A stretch of DNA of 58,700 bases from Anaerolineales bacterium (GTDB taxonomy: Bacteria > Chloroflexota > Anaerolineae > Anaerolineales > JABWBV01): positions 1 to 58,700 of the forward strand of contig DATKDL010000011.1 in the NCBI GenBank assembly GCA_035512695.1. Reading direction: 5' to 3'. Below, piece after piece: positions 27,282-36,618 of the stretch. Numbering within the stretch: position 1 is the first letter of the stretch; every line of letters starts with the position of its first letter. The translations under genes were made by a program, and so were the position numbers. The notes beneath the pieces were generated by a model. That model saw only the letters and a list, made by a program, of their open reading frames with translations. It had not been told where the DNA came from and searched no databases.

Positions 27282-27368
27282 TGGTAGGGCGGGTGGGGAT
27301 CGAACCCACACGGTATCGCTACCGGCGGATTTTAAGTCCGCAGCGTCTGCCAATTCCGCCACCGCCCC
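27282..27368 (-). tRNA. tRNA-Leu(TAA)
   Basis: GGGGCGG-TGGCGGAATTGGCAGACGC-GCGGA ct TAA aa TCCGC, long variable arm, GGTTCGATCCC, ACCA. Confidence 0.97.
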
Positions 27369-27382
27369 TGGAGAGGAGTGAG

Positions 27383-27432
27383 AAGCTGATGCTGCCGCCG
27401 GGGACTGAAGCCCCCGGCGGCAGCATCAGCTT
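27383..27432. repeat. Palindrome, 21-bp arms, includes the PHP gene stop codon
   Basis: aagctgatgctgccgccgggg / ccccggcggcagcatcagctt. Confidence 0.8.
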
Positions 27433-28088
27433 TTCACAATTTTACCCCAAGCTTTTATTATCTTCGCATATCTGGAAATTCCCATCACCCACGGCGGAGA
27501 TAGGCGGGTGTCCAACGCTGCTTTCTTAAGGCTCTCCCGCAGCGCCGAGGCGTCCTGAAAGTCCTCCAGCCGGATCGTGCTGCGGCCGATTTCGTTGGTG
27601 CCGTGGGCGTCTGAGCCGGCCGTTTTCAGGAGGTCGTGGGCATCCGCGAACTCGTCCGCCCGGCGATTGAAACGCGGGTCGAGGCAGCGCGAATTGAAGA
27701 CCTCGACCGCATCCACCAGGCCGGCGATGGCTTTCAGATCCTCGAGCCGCCAGGACCCGCCCCGGAAGTGGTCGAAGGGATGCGAGACGCTGATGAAAGC
27801 CGCCTGGTCCCGCAGCCGGGCGATGGCCTCCGCCGGCTCAAGGCCTGCCGGGACCTCCTCGCGCACGAAAGCCGCCAGGAGTTCTCCGCGGGTGGTCATG
27901 ATTTCTTCTCCGACGATCACCATCTCCGGGGCCAGTTTGCGCGCAGCCAGGGCGCCGCGGATGGTGTTGTGATCGGTCACAACGACACGGTCGATGCCCT
28001 TCCGGCGGCAGGCCTCGAGCAGCCGTTCCGGTGGGGTCAGGCTGTCGGGGGAGAATATGGTGTGCGTGTGGAATTCGAGACGGATCAT
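27426..28088 (-). CDS. PHP-domain metal-dependent phosphoesterase
   Basis: EFHTHTIFSPDS, VTDHN, GEEI, SHPF, EVFNSR, GSDAH. Confidence 0.92.
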   Translation of the reverse strand: MIRLEFHTHTIFSPDSLTPPERLLEACRRKGIDRVVVTDHNTIRGALAARKLAPEMVIVGEEIMTTRGELLAAFVREEVPAGLEPAEAIARLRDQAAFISVSHPFDHFRGGSWRLEDLKAIAGLVDAVEVFNSRCLDPRFNRRADEFADAHDLLKTAGSDAHGTNEIGRSTIRLEDFQDASALRESLKKAALDTRLSPPWVMGISRYAKIIKAWGKIVKS

Positions 28089-28194
28089 GACTGTGGAAAA
28101 TTGTAAGCTGAAATCCGGAACAGGCGGTCCAGCCGCTGCCGCTTGCCCCGCTTTTCGGCTTTCTCTTAAAGATTTGTTGGTATAGAATAGCGCC

Positions 28195-29673
28195 ATGGGC
28201 GATGATTCCATTTTCCGGAATCCAAAAAAACAGATCTACCTGGTCACCTTCGTCTTTATCGTCTGGTACGGGATCCTCGTTTTCAAGACCGGCGGGTTGA
28301 GTCTCGACGATATTTTCATCACGATTCTGGCGATCATGTTCGGGCTGTACCGGCGGCTTGGCCTGCTCCAGGGAGATATCGGCGCACGCGATCTGATCCC
28401 GGAGAACATGCAGGCGATCTTGCGTGACGGCTGGGTCTTTTTTTTCGTCCTGCTCGGCGGGCTGATCTTCTATGCCCAGTTCGTGCTGCCGCTCCACAAC
28501 ACGCGCGAACGCTGGGAGGCCTTCACCCGCCTGGTCCTGTACGTCTTGCGCCGTCACGGCCCGGCGATTTCGATCGTCGACGGCGCGCCGAAACACAGCA
28601 CCGCCGAGCTCGAGCGCCGCGGCCGGGGCGTGATCATGCTCGATACCGCCAGCGCCGCGGTCCTGCGCACGCCGACACGCTTCACCCGCGCCGTCGGCCC
28701 GGGGACCGTCTTCACCGGCAAGAACGAGACCATCGCCAACGCCTTTTCCCTCCATCTCCAGAGCAAATCGCTGGGGCCGCGTGGCGGGGAGGACCCGTTT
28801 GCCGAACAGGACGAGGACGAAACCGACCAGGAATACAAAATGCGCGGCGAGCGGCGCTGGGAGACGCGCGGCACCACCCGAGATGGCGTCGAGGTCGTGC
28901 CGAGGATCGTGACGATTTTCAAGCTCGACAACGAACCCAACGAGGGACAGACCCAATTCGGCTACAACGGCGCTACGATCTGGAAAGCGAACGGCCGAGA
29001 GGGGATCGACCCGCAAAAAGCGACCGATACGCACCAGCGCCGAGTGCGCTGGGACTGGCTGCCGGCCTTCATGGCAGCCGAACTCTGGCGCGAATACCTC
29101 AGTAAATTCATGCTCAACGATCTCTTTATGCGCCCGAACCAGGTCGTCGAAGAGACCGGTCTTCAGAAGATCGAGCGCTTTGTCCAAACCCGGCTGACCG
29201 AGCCCCGCGTCGAGCATCTGAACGAATTCGGCAAACCATCCGGGCGAGGCAAGATGACGAGCCCCGAGTACATGCGGATGCGCGAGCGCGGCCTGCGGGT
29301 AAAACAAGTCGTCATCACCAACCTGCAGTTCCCACCGGAATTCGAGGCCCGCCTGCTCGGCCAATGGCGCGACCGCTGGCAGGACCAGGCCCGGACGACC
29401 GAGATGACGACCCAGCAGCTGCGCTCCAGGAAGCGCATGGAAGGAGAAGAGACGGCTCTCAAAGAATTCGCCGATTACGCCTCCCGCCTGCTGGGCGACC
29501 ACCTGATCCACAACGCTCCGGACCCCTCCCTGGCGCCGGATCTGTCCCAATCGCTCGAGCTCCTCGTACGCGGCACGCACGACCAGACCGTGATGGACGA
29601 CTACCTGCGGCCGTTGATCACCAGCGAGAAACAGGACCTGGTGGATCTGATCGAGTGGATCCGGAGATACTGA
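28195..29673 (+). CDS. Membrane-anchored SPFH/Band-7-like protein
   Basis: N-terminal TMs, AVGPGTVF, TTRDGVEVVPRIVTIFKL, RGLRVKQVVITNLQFPPE, helical C-terminus. Confidence 0.65.
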   Translation: MGDDSIFRNPKKQIYLVTFVFIVWYGILVFKTGGLSLDDIFITILAIMFGLYRRLGLLQGDIGARDLIPENMQAILRDGWVFFFVLLGGLIFYAQFVLPLHNTRERWEAFTRLVLYVLRRHGPAISIVDGAPKHSTAELERRGRGVIMLDTASAAVLRTPTRFTRAVGPGTVFTGKNETIANAFSLHLQSKSLGPRGGEDPFAEQDEDETDQEYKMRGERRWETRGTTRDGVEVVPRIVTIFKLDNEPNEGQTQFGYNGATIWKANGREGIDPQKATDTHQRRVRWDWLPAFMAAELWREYLSKFMLNDLFMRPNQVVEETGLQKIERFVQTRLTEPRVEHLNEFGKPSGRGKMTSPEYMRMRERGLRVKQVVITNLQFPPEFEARLLGQWRDRWQDQARTTEMTTQQLRSRKRMEGEETALKEFADYASRLLGDHLIHNAPDPSLAPDLSQSLELLVRGTHDQTVMDDYLRPLITSEKQDLVDLIEWIRRY

Positions 29674-31199
29674 TGGCCCAACGGCGAAATGTCCAGAACA
29701 CCCGTCCCATTTCGGGCGACCGGATGCGCAAGCAAGCCAGGCTGGCCGTCATCCGCACGCGGCGGTTGGTCAAACAGGGGCTTGGACAGCTGGCCGAGGT
29801 GCTCGAGCCGGTGCTCAAACCGCTGTTTGCAATCAACCAGACCAGCGCCACGATCCGGAGCCTGATCTTCCTGGCCGGTTTCGTACTCTGGATCGGTTTC
29901 GCATACATCACCAACCCACCGGCGATCGATGAGATCGTCATCTCCGGTGATTTCAGCGGGGACCCAGTTTCGGTGATGCTTTTCCAGCTGCGCTATCTTC
30001 TTGCGCTGGCCTTCTCACTGGCCACTCCCTTGTTCGTCCCTGGCGTGTTCCGGTTCGTCCTGGTCATTTCCTTTGCCTTCTGGCTGTCCTCCCGGTTCGC
30101 CGCGACTTATCTTGCCGATATCTTCGATCTTCCGAATATCGGGGCCGCAATCCGCTTTATACGGCAGGCTGCGTTTGCGACGCTCGACCCTCGTCGACTG
30201 AACCGGCTCGTGATCCGCGAAGGGACGGTTTCGCAGGACTTCCAGGCTTCGCCTCTTTTCCAGATCGGCGGCCCCGGCCAGGTGCTGGTCAACCTTGAAA
30301 ATGTCGCCGTATTTGAGAAGGTAGATGGTTCGCCGGATATCATCCCGCCGATCGGCAGGCCGGTCTTGATCGAAGGCTTCGAGCGATTGAGAAAGATCAT
30401 CGATCTGCGGGACCAATTCATCGAAAACGTCGAGGTCAACGGGCGGACCAAGGACGGCATTCCCGTCACCGCCAAGGGCGTCCGGTTCAGCTTCAGCGTT
30501 CAGCGCGATCGGGTGCTGCGCAAACGCGACGAAGTCTGGGGCGATCCGGTGTTGCAGCAGCCGCTGAATTACACTCGTGAATCGATCCTTCATTACGTTT
30601 ACGAAAAACCCAATGAACCCTTCGACCAGGTCGGGAGCGCCGAGGTGCGGGCGGAGATCCGGCGTTTTATCGGACGCAATTCCCTCAGCCAGTTCCTGGC
30701 TGACTCGCGCGAAGAGAGCGACGCCCCGGCAACCCTCCCGTCCGACCCGACGATGCCGATCACTTCCAGCGAGGGGGGTTTCAAAGCGCGCGAGGCGATC
30801 AACCAGGAACTGATCACCGCTTTCAGAAACTCCCCGGATTCGACCATCGACCTTCACTGGGTCAGCGTCGGGACCTGGGTGCCGCCGGAGGAGATCCCGG
30901 AAAAGCACAAAGAGGCCTGGCGGCGCAGGGTGCAGAGCGAAGCCGAGAGCAATCCGAAGGCACTGACCCGCCTGCTCCGGTCGACCCGCCTCAAAGAACT
31001 CTTGCGCCTGGTCCAGGACGTCCCGATCAACGCATTCGGCCACGTCTCCAGCCGCGAGGATGACCCGGACAAGATCAAGCGAGAGCTCATGCTGGCCTAC
31101 CGGGAGAAGATCAAAATCGCCTACGAGATTTACCTCGCAAACGAACTCGACCCCCCCACGCACCTGGTGGCTACTTTGAATCATTTGCAGAGGCTTTAG
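29673..31199 (+). CDS. Second membrane-anchored SPFH/Band-7-like protein
   Basis: TGATG overlap; GGPGQVLV, IIDLRDQ, GRTKDGIPV, IDLHWVSVGTWVPP. Confidence 0.65.
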   Translation: MAQRRNVQNTRPISGDRMRKQARLAVIRTRRLVKQGLGQLAEVLEPVLKPLFAINQTSATIRSLIFLAGFVLWIGFAYITNPPAIDEIVISGDFSGDPVSVMLFQLRYLLALAFSLATPLFVPGVFRFVLVISFAFWLSSRFAATYLADIFDLPNIGAAIRFIRQAAFATLDPRRLNRLVIREGTVSQDFQASPLFQIGGPGQVLVNLENVAVFEKVDGSPDIIPPIGRPVLIEGFERLRKIIDLRDQFIENVEVNGRTKDGIPVTAKGVRFSFSVQRDRVLRKRDEVWGDPVLQQPLNYTRESILHYVYEKPNEPFDQVGSAEVRAEIRRFIGRNSLSQFLADSREESDAPATLPSDPTMPITSSEGGFKAREAINQELITAFRNSPDSTIDLHWVSVGTWVPPEEIPEKHKEAWRRRVQSEAESNPKALTRLLRSTRLKELLRLVQDVPINAFGHVSSREDDPDKIKRELMLAYREKIKIAYEIYLANELDPPTHLVATLNHLQRL

Positions 31200-31207
31200 G
31201 GTGAGTC

Positions 31208-31297
31208 GACGAATTGGCGAATGGGCGATTCAGCGGTTCGGCGAATCGCCCATTCGCCCATTCGCCAATTCGCTGATTCACTGAATCGCCAATTCGC
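31208..31297. repeat. Inverted arrays of octamer repeats (ggcgaatg / cattcgcc)
   Basis: cgaattgg cgaatggg cgattcag cggttcgg cgaat..cattcgcc cattcgcc aattcgct gattcact gaatcgcc aattcgc. Confidence 0.85.
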
Positions 31298-32236
31298 ATG
31301 TTACCCACCAAATCCCACTTTGAAATCCACCCCCGCATCCAGCGCGCGAAGCGGCTTGGGCGGGGGATCGTTGCCCTCGAATCGACCGTGATCACCCACG
31401 GCTTGCCTGCGCCTCAAAATCTCGACCTGGCGATCCGGATGGAAGAACGGGTCGAGGCCGGCGGGGCGGTCCCGGCGACGATCGCCGTGATGGAGGGGAA
31501 GATCCGGATCGGGCTCGAACGCGCCGAGCTGGATACGCTCGCAAAAGACCCGGATGCCCGTAAAGTAAGCATTCGCGATCTTGCGGGCGCCCTGTACCGA
31601 GGCTGGTCCGGCGGCGCCACGGTGGCGGCCTCGCTGTTCGCCGCGGCGGAAGCCGGGATCGAGGTCTTTGCAACCGGCGGGATCGGGGGCGTACACCGGG
31701 AACCGGCCTGGGATATTTCGGCAGATCTCCCGCAGCTGGCCCGGACCCCGGCGCTGGTGGTCTGCGCCGGGGCCAAGGCGATCCTCGATCTGCCTGCGAC
31801 GCTGGAATACCTGGAGACCCACTCCGTGCCCGTGATCGGCTACCGCACGGACGAGTTCCCGGCTTTTTATGCGGCAGGCAGCGGTCTACCGGTCATCTTG
31901 CGGCTCGATGACCCGCTCGAGGTGGTTGCGTTCGCCCAGCGGCACTGGGGGATCGGCGTTCGCAGCGCCGTGCTGGTCGCTCAGCCGCCGCCGGAAGAAA
32001 CCGCGCTGGACAGGCAAGTCCTGGATGATGCGGTGGAAGGCGCCCTGGCGGCAGCGCGCGAGACCGGCGTGCGCGGGCCGGCGGTGACCCCCTTTCTGCT
32101 GGCGAAGCTGGCGGAGCTGACCGATCGATCGAGCCTGGATGCGAACCTGGACCTGCTGCTCGCCAACGCCGGCCTGGCCGCCGAGCTGGCCGCAGAACTG
32201 GCCCGTCGAAGACCGAACCGGATCGGGTTTGTCTGA
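31298..32236 (+). CDS. psuG: Pseudouridine-5'-phosphate glycosidase
   Basis: VALESTVITHGLP, PATIA, KVSIRD, ATGGIGGVHR, DISADL, GAKAILD, VTPFLL. Confidence 0.95.
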   Translation: MLPTKSHFEIHPRIQRAKRLGRGIVALESTVITHGLPAPQNLDLAIRMEERVEAGGAVPATIAVMEGKIRIGLERAELDTLAKDPDARKVSIRDLAGALYRGWSGGATVAASLFAAAEAGIEVFATGGIGGVHREPAWDISADLPQLARTPALVVCAGAKAILDLPATLEYLETHSVPVIGYRTDEFPAFYAAGSGLPVILRLDDPLEVVAFAQRHWGIGVRSAVLVAQPPPEETALDRQVLDDAVEGALAAARETGVRGPAVTPFLLAKLAELTDRSSLDANLDLLLANAGLAAELAAELARRRPNRIGFV

Positions 32237-32238
32237 GG

Positions 32239-32284
32239 AAAAAAGCGGGCTGCACCGGGTTTCACCGGTGCAGCCCGCTTTTTT
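32239..32284. terminator. Bidirectional terminator (20-bp arms)
   Basis: aaaaaagcgggctgcaccgg / ccggtgcagcccgctttttt between convergent genes. Confidence 0.85.
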
Positions 32285-32287
32285 ATT

Positions 32288-33256
32288 TTAAGGCGGTGAC
32301 GTCGGTGTCAGGGTCCAGGGGGTGATCGTCGGGGAAGGGATGAATTCAGTTGCGGTGGGCCAGCGGGTGATCGTCGGCGTGGGCGTCATGGTGGGAAAGT
32401 AGGTCGGCCGGGGCGTGAAGGTCGGTGTGGCTGTCTGGGTCGGCGTACCGGTTTCCGTGGAGGTGGGTGTGATCGTCGCGGTCGGCGGGATGCCTTCTAC
32501 GAAAAAGTCGCCGGAGATTTTCAATTCAAGGCCGAGGAAGATCTGCACCTGGTAGGCGCCGGGCACCCAATCACCGGCCGGCGGATCCCAATCGGTATAG
32601 CCGATCCCGCCGGAGCCACCGTTCCACGGCGCGGTCTCGTAATGGACCAGGACGCCTTCCCGCAGCCAGAGCGCCGTCCACTGCACGCCGTCGAGCATCT
32701 GGTCGTAAGAGAATAGGGCGAAGAGATGCCCGACCGGGTTCTGGAAAATCTCTCCGGCATTGAGCGGGTTGTAATCTTCGTCTATTCCTTGCGTGAACTG
32801 GAGGGCCGAGAAAAGCGAGTTTGGCGAAGGCGTCACGATCCCTTCGAACAGGGCGGCAACCGCCTCGGGCACATGCGGCGTCGGTGTGGGGGTGGCGGTT
32901 TCGCTGCCGGAAGGGGTCGGGGAAAGGGTTGCCGTCGACGAGGCGGTCGGGGTCAACGTGATCGTCGGTGTCAGCGTGATCGTCGAGGTCGCCGTCGGGC
33001 TGGGGGAAGGATCGAAAAAAGAATAGGCAACCGGTTCGCCGTAGGAATTGATCGCAAAGGCCAGGATCGCCAGGAGCAGGCCAAACGCCAGTAGGCGCCA
33101 GCCGCGCATCATCCCTTCCCGGCGGATCCGGAAGAAAGCCACGCTGCGGGATTCGCGGATCTGCCGGATCCCGCCCAGCACGTAAATCAATGTGCCGATC
33201 GTAGCCAGGATCACGGCGGCGATAACGCCGGTGCGGATATCCAAGTTTAACTCCAT
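32288..33256 (-). CDS. Membrane-anchored protein with Thr/Pro-rich linkers flanking a small beta domain
   Basis: Two TM helices, TITLTPT/TPTPT tracts, WTALWLREG...PGAYQVQIFLG. Confidence 0.8.
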   Translation of the reverse strand: MELNLDIRTGVIAAVILATIGTLIYVLGGIRQIRESRSVAFFRIRREGMMRGWRLLAFGLLLAILAFAINSYGEPVAYSFFDPSPSPTATSTITLTPTITLTPTASSTATLSPTPSGSETATPTPTPHVPEAVAALFEGIVTPSPNSLFSALQFTQGIDEDYNPLNAGEIFQNPVGHLFALFSYDQMLDGVQWTALWLREGVLVHYETAPWNGGSGGIGYTDWDPPAGDWVPGAYQVQIFLGLELKISGDFFVEGIPPTATITPTSTETGTPTQTATPTFTPRPTYFPTMTPTPTITRWPTATEFIPSPTITPWTLTPTSPP

Positions 33257-33370
33257 GCAAGGATGATTCTACCGGGAAAACCGATAAAGTCTAAGGTTTG
33301 GGAAAATTCGGGCCCGACATCGAGACGGCCGCACCTCTTTAACTCGCCGGCTCCATTTCCGGTAAGGCCC

Positions 33371-34132
33371 TTATCCTGCTGCGACCGGGTTGCCCAGGAC
33401 TCCGAGCCCCTCGATCGCAACCTCGACGACATCCCCCGCCGCCAGCGGACTGACGCCGGAGGGGGTGCCGGTCATGATCAGATCGCCGGGGAACAGGGTC
33501 ATCACCGAGGTGATATAGGTGATCAATTCCGGGATATCAAAGACCATGTCACGGGTCGACCCCATCTGTTTGAGTTCTCCATTGACCCGGCAGGTCACGA
33601 TCGCATCGGCCGGGTTGAAATCCGTTTCGATCCAGGGTCCCAGCGGGCAGAAGGTGTCGAAACCCTTGGCGCGGGTCCACTGGTTGTCCTGCCGTTGAAG
33701 ATCGCGGGCAGTGACGTCGTTGCCGAGCGTGAAGCCGTAAACGTGATCCATGGCCTGGTTGGTCGAAACCCGGTGCGCCATGCTGCCGATCACGACGACG
33801 AGTTCAGCCTCGTGTTCGACGCGTTCGGACTGCGGCGGGAGCCGGATCGAATCCCCGGGTCCGATCAAGGCGGAGGGGGGTTTCAGGAACAGCAGCGGAG
33901 CGGTGGGGACGTCTGAACCGTGCTCGGCGGCGTGGGCCGGATAGTTCCGGCCGATGCAGACGATCTTGGAAGGCCGCACCGGCGGCAGCAGCCGGATCCG
34001 GTCGATGGGGATGGCGGCTTCCAACCGGCGGTAATCGCGGAACGGGTCGCCTTCGATCGGACCGGCATGATCGTCCCTGAGCCAGCCGTATTGAGGCGGT
34101 TCGTCTGCCTGGGAAAAACGAATTAAACGCAT
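33371..34132 (-). CDS. Fumarylacetoacetate hydrolase family protein
   Basis: SKIVCIGRNYPAH, FLKPPS, EHEAEL, NDVTARDLQ, AKGFDTF, TGTPSGV. Confidence 0.95.
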   Translation of the reverse strand: MRLIRFSQADEPPQYGWLRDDHAGPIEGDPFRDYRRLEAAIPIDRIRLLPPVRPSKIVCIGRNYPAHAAEHGSDVPTAPLLFLKPPSALIGPGDSIRLPPQSERVEHEAELVVVIGSMAHRVSTNQAMDHVYGFTLGNDVTARDLQRQDNQWTRAKGFDTFCPLGPWIETDFNPADAIVTCRVNGELKQMGSTRDMVFDIPELITYITSVMTLFPGDLIMTGTPSGVSPLAAGDVVEVAIEGLGVLGNPVAAG

Positions 34133-34141
34133 GGATTAATA

Positions 34142-34204
34142 CCCCGAAAAACCGGCCGGGGCTGCGGTGGGGTACCCGCCGCAGCCCCGGCCGGTTTTTC
34201 GGGG
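34142..34204. terminator. Perfect palindrome, 26-bp arms, between co-directional genes
   Basis: ccccgaaaaaccggccggggctgcgg / ccgcagccccggccggtttttcgggg. Confidence 0.75.
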
Positions 34205-34208
34205 CCGG

Positions 34209-35045
34209 TCAGTCTTTAAAACGATGGATCCGGTTGGCGAGCTGCAGGACCGATTGATCGGAACCTGAAAAACGCTCCGGGAAGCGCCAGCGCAAACCCT
34301 GTGTGACGGCGTAGGCGACGGCGTTCAGGACGATCGCCGTCAGGTCGATCGACGGCTGGGCATAGGCGAACAATACCAGGTCGGTCTGCTGGGCGCTGGT
34401 GAATGAAGCTGCGCCGAGAATGGCGGCGGTCTTCGCGCCGGCCGCTTTGGCTTCCTTGAGTGCGGCCGCGAGCCGGTCGCTCTCGGGGATGGCCTGGATG
34501 GTGATCAGCAGATCTTGTTTGCCGATCAGGCGGATCACCCGGGCCATCTCGACGATCCCGTACTCGGCCGTGACGGCATCATAACCGCCCCGGTCCAGGT
34601 TGTTCTGGAGGATCCGGGCTGCGCCGCGGGAATGTGAATCGGGCAGCAGGAAGATCTTGCCGGCCGTCTCGATGCGGTCCACCAGCCGCTCGACGACGTC
34701 GATATCGATCAGTTTCCGGGTCTGTTCGAACAGGCTGTCCAGCTCGGCCATAGCCGTCGCCACGACCGCCTCCAGGCTGTCGGCATCGGTTGCTTTCTGC
34801 GGTTGGGCGAGCAGCTGCGATTTGATCTTTTCGCGGATCTCCCGCAGCAGCTCCGGATAGCCCCCGTAGCCGAGCTGTTGCGAGAACCGGACAACGGTCG
34901 TTGCGTCGACGTTGATGGCATGGCCCAACTCTGTGGCAGTCATGAACGCGGCTTCGAGGTAGGAGTCCAGCAGAAAATCCGCCAGGCGCGCAAAGCTCTT
35001 CGAAAAGGATGGGTACGCTTCCCGGATCCGCTCTTCGTAGGTCAT
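34209..35045 (-). CDS. MurR/RpiR-family transcriptional regulator (degenerate SIS domain)
   Basis: AFMTATELGHAINVDATTVVRFSQQLGYGGY HTH. Confidence 0.88.
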   Translation of the reverse strand: MTYEERIREAYPSFSKSFARLADFLLDSYLEAAFMTATELGHAINVDATTVVRFSQQLGYGGYPELLREIREKIKSQLLAQPQKATDADSLEAVVATAMAELDSLFEQTRKLIDIDVVERLVDRIETAGKIFLLPDSHSRGAARILQNNLDRGGYDAVTAEYGIVEMARVIRLIGKQDLLITIQAIPESDRLAAALKEAKAAGAKTAAILGAASFTSAQQTDLVLFAYAQPSIDLTAIVLNAVAYAVTQGLRWRFPERFSGSDQSVLQLANRIHRFKD

Positions 35046-35260
35046 CTGGGTTGTGAAAGTGTGGGTGTTACGATTATTGCCATGATATGAGTATCCGCAA
35101 TTTATTTTGCATTTTTATTCAAGACTGTCAACCGGGATATCCGTACAAATTTATGGTGATTTCATTGCAGCGGGGGGTGGGTGGGGAAATCGAAAGGGCC
35201 GAGCGAGTTTCGCCCGGCCCTTTCGATTTCCGGATCGGTTATTGGTAAAATCGAGGCGGA

Positions 35261-35617
35261 ATGGCAAACTTAGCGTTCGATACGATGGTCCAGGGAGATG
35301 TCACCGTTGTCTCAGTCCGGGGGCGAGTCGATTCCAACACGGTCGGCGCGCTGCGCGCTGCATTGAATGAGGCCGCCTCCGCGGAGCGTGCTTGGGTGGT
35401 GGGGGATTTTTCCGGGGTCGATTTCATGAGCAGCGCCAGTTTGCGGGTGCTGCTGGACGTGCTGAAAAGCGTCCGTTCGCGGGACGGCGATCTTCGCCTG
35501 GCCGCCGTCCGGCCCGAGGTCGCCCGTATTTTCGACCTGGCCGGCTTCGCCGGGATCCTGCAGATGTACCCGGACGTCGAGGCGGCCGTGGCGAGCTACG
35601 GAGCGTCCAAACGATGA
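35261..35617 (+). CDS. STAS-domain anti-sigma factor antagonist
   Basis: VRGRVDS, DFSGVDFMSSASLRVL, GDLRLAA, IFDLAGF. Confidence 0.9.
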   Translation: MANLAFDTMVQGDVTVVSVRGRVDSNTVGALRAALNEAASAERAWVVGDFSGVDFMSSASLRVLLDVLKSVRSRDGDLRLAAVRPEVARIFDLAGFAGILQMYPDVEAAVASYGASKR

Positions 35618-36447
35618 AAGGCGTCACGCTCGTGATCGGCTCGGGCAGCGTCAAATGTGCGGCGGCATTGGGGGTCGTCCGGGTCCTGGAGCGGGAGGGG
35701 ATCGAGTTGGACCGGGTGGTCGGGACCAGCGCCGGGAGCATCTATGCGGCGCTGATCGCGATGGGCCGGGACATCGACGAGATCGCGAGCCTGTCCGAGC
35801 GTTTATGGACGCGGGAGATCACCGCGCGACGGATGCGCGGCGCTTTTCTGAAGGTCATGTTCCCGCGGCTGATGAGGTTCGACGAGCGCTTTGGGATGCT
35901 CGACGATCGGCTGGTGATGGCGCGGTTGGAAGCCGCCTTCGGGGATGCCGACATCGCGGAAACCGCCATCCCCCTGGCGATCACGGCGACGGATTTTTTC
36001 GACGGCTCGCAGGTCATTTTACGGGAGGGGCGGATCGTGGATGCGATCCGGGGCAGCCTGGCGATCCCGTACATATTTTCCCCGCACCGGGTGGGCGAAC
36101 GGGTCTTGATCGACGGGTTCATGTCGGACCCGATGCCGGTGGGGGCCGCGATCCGGGAGGGCGGTGGGGTGATCGTCGCGATCGGGTTTGACAGCGCATA
36201 CCAGACACGAGTATCGACGATCCTGCGGTATGCTTTCCAGCTCAGCAGCATTATGTCGAACAACCTGCTGCGGTCGAATTTCGCATTCCACAACCTGGCG
36301 CACCACGCCGAGGTGATCCCGGTGATCCCGGTGTTCGAGGGCCGGATCCGGTTGTTCGATACCGAGCGCCTGACCGAGATTATCGCGGCGGGTGAGCGGG
36401 CGGGGGAGGAGCAGATCGAGGGGATCCGCTCGGCGGTAACGCCATAA
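35614..36447 (+). CDS. Patatin-like phospholipase
   Basis: GSGSVK oxyanion region, GTSAG, IDGF; ATGA overlap with STAS gene. Confidence 0.9.
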   Translation: MKGVTLVIGSGSVKCAAALGVVRVLEREGIELDRVVGTSAGSIYAALIAMGRDIDEIASLSERLWTREITARRMRGAFLKVMFPRLMRFDERFGMLDDRLVMARLEAAFGDADIAETAIPLAITATDFFDGSQVILREGRIVDAIRGSLAIPYIFSPHRVGERVLIDGFMSDPMPVGAAIREGGGVIVAIGFDSAYQTRVSTILRYAFQLSSIMSNNLLRSNFAFHNLAHHAEVIPVIPVFEGRIRLFDTERLTEIIAAGERAGEEQIEGIRSAVTP

Positions 36448-36465
36448 ACGCCGCACATGCGGCGT

Positions 36466-36582
36466 TTATGGCGCCACTTCTCGTGTGTGCCGGATCCATT
36501 CGCTCCATGAGCCGGCGTACAGGCGTGCGCCGGGCAGACCGGCGTGGTCCAGGGTCAGGATGTTCCGGGCGGCGGTGACGCG
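36466..36582 (-). pseudogene. C-terminal remnant of a rhodanese/SseA sulfurtransferase
   Basis: Manual translation RVTAARNILTLDHAGLPGARLYAGSWSEWIRHTREVAP*; contains the rhodanese C-terminal signature; no start codon or catalytic CGSG. Confidence 0.78.
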
Positions 36583-36618
36583 ATGGAGGTCGTCGGCATA
36601 AAAATGGTGGGGATCGGC

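Noticed and set aside
35614..36447. Patatin as a CBASS or other anti-phage effector
   Set aside because: No CD-NTase or other defence genes nearby.
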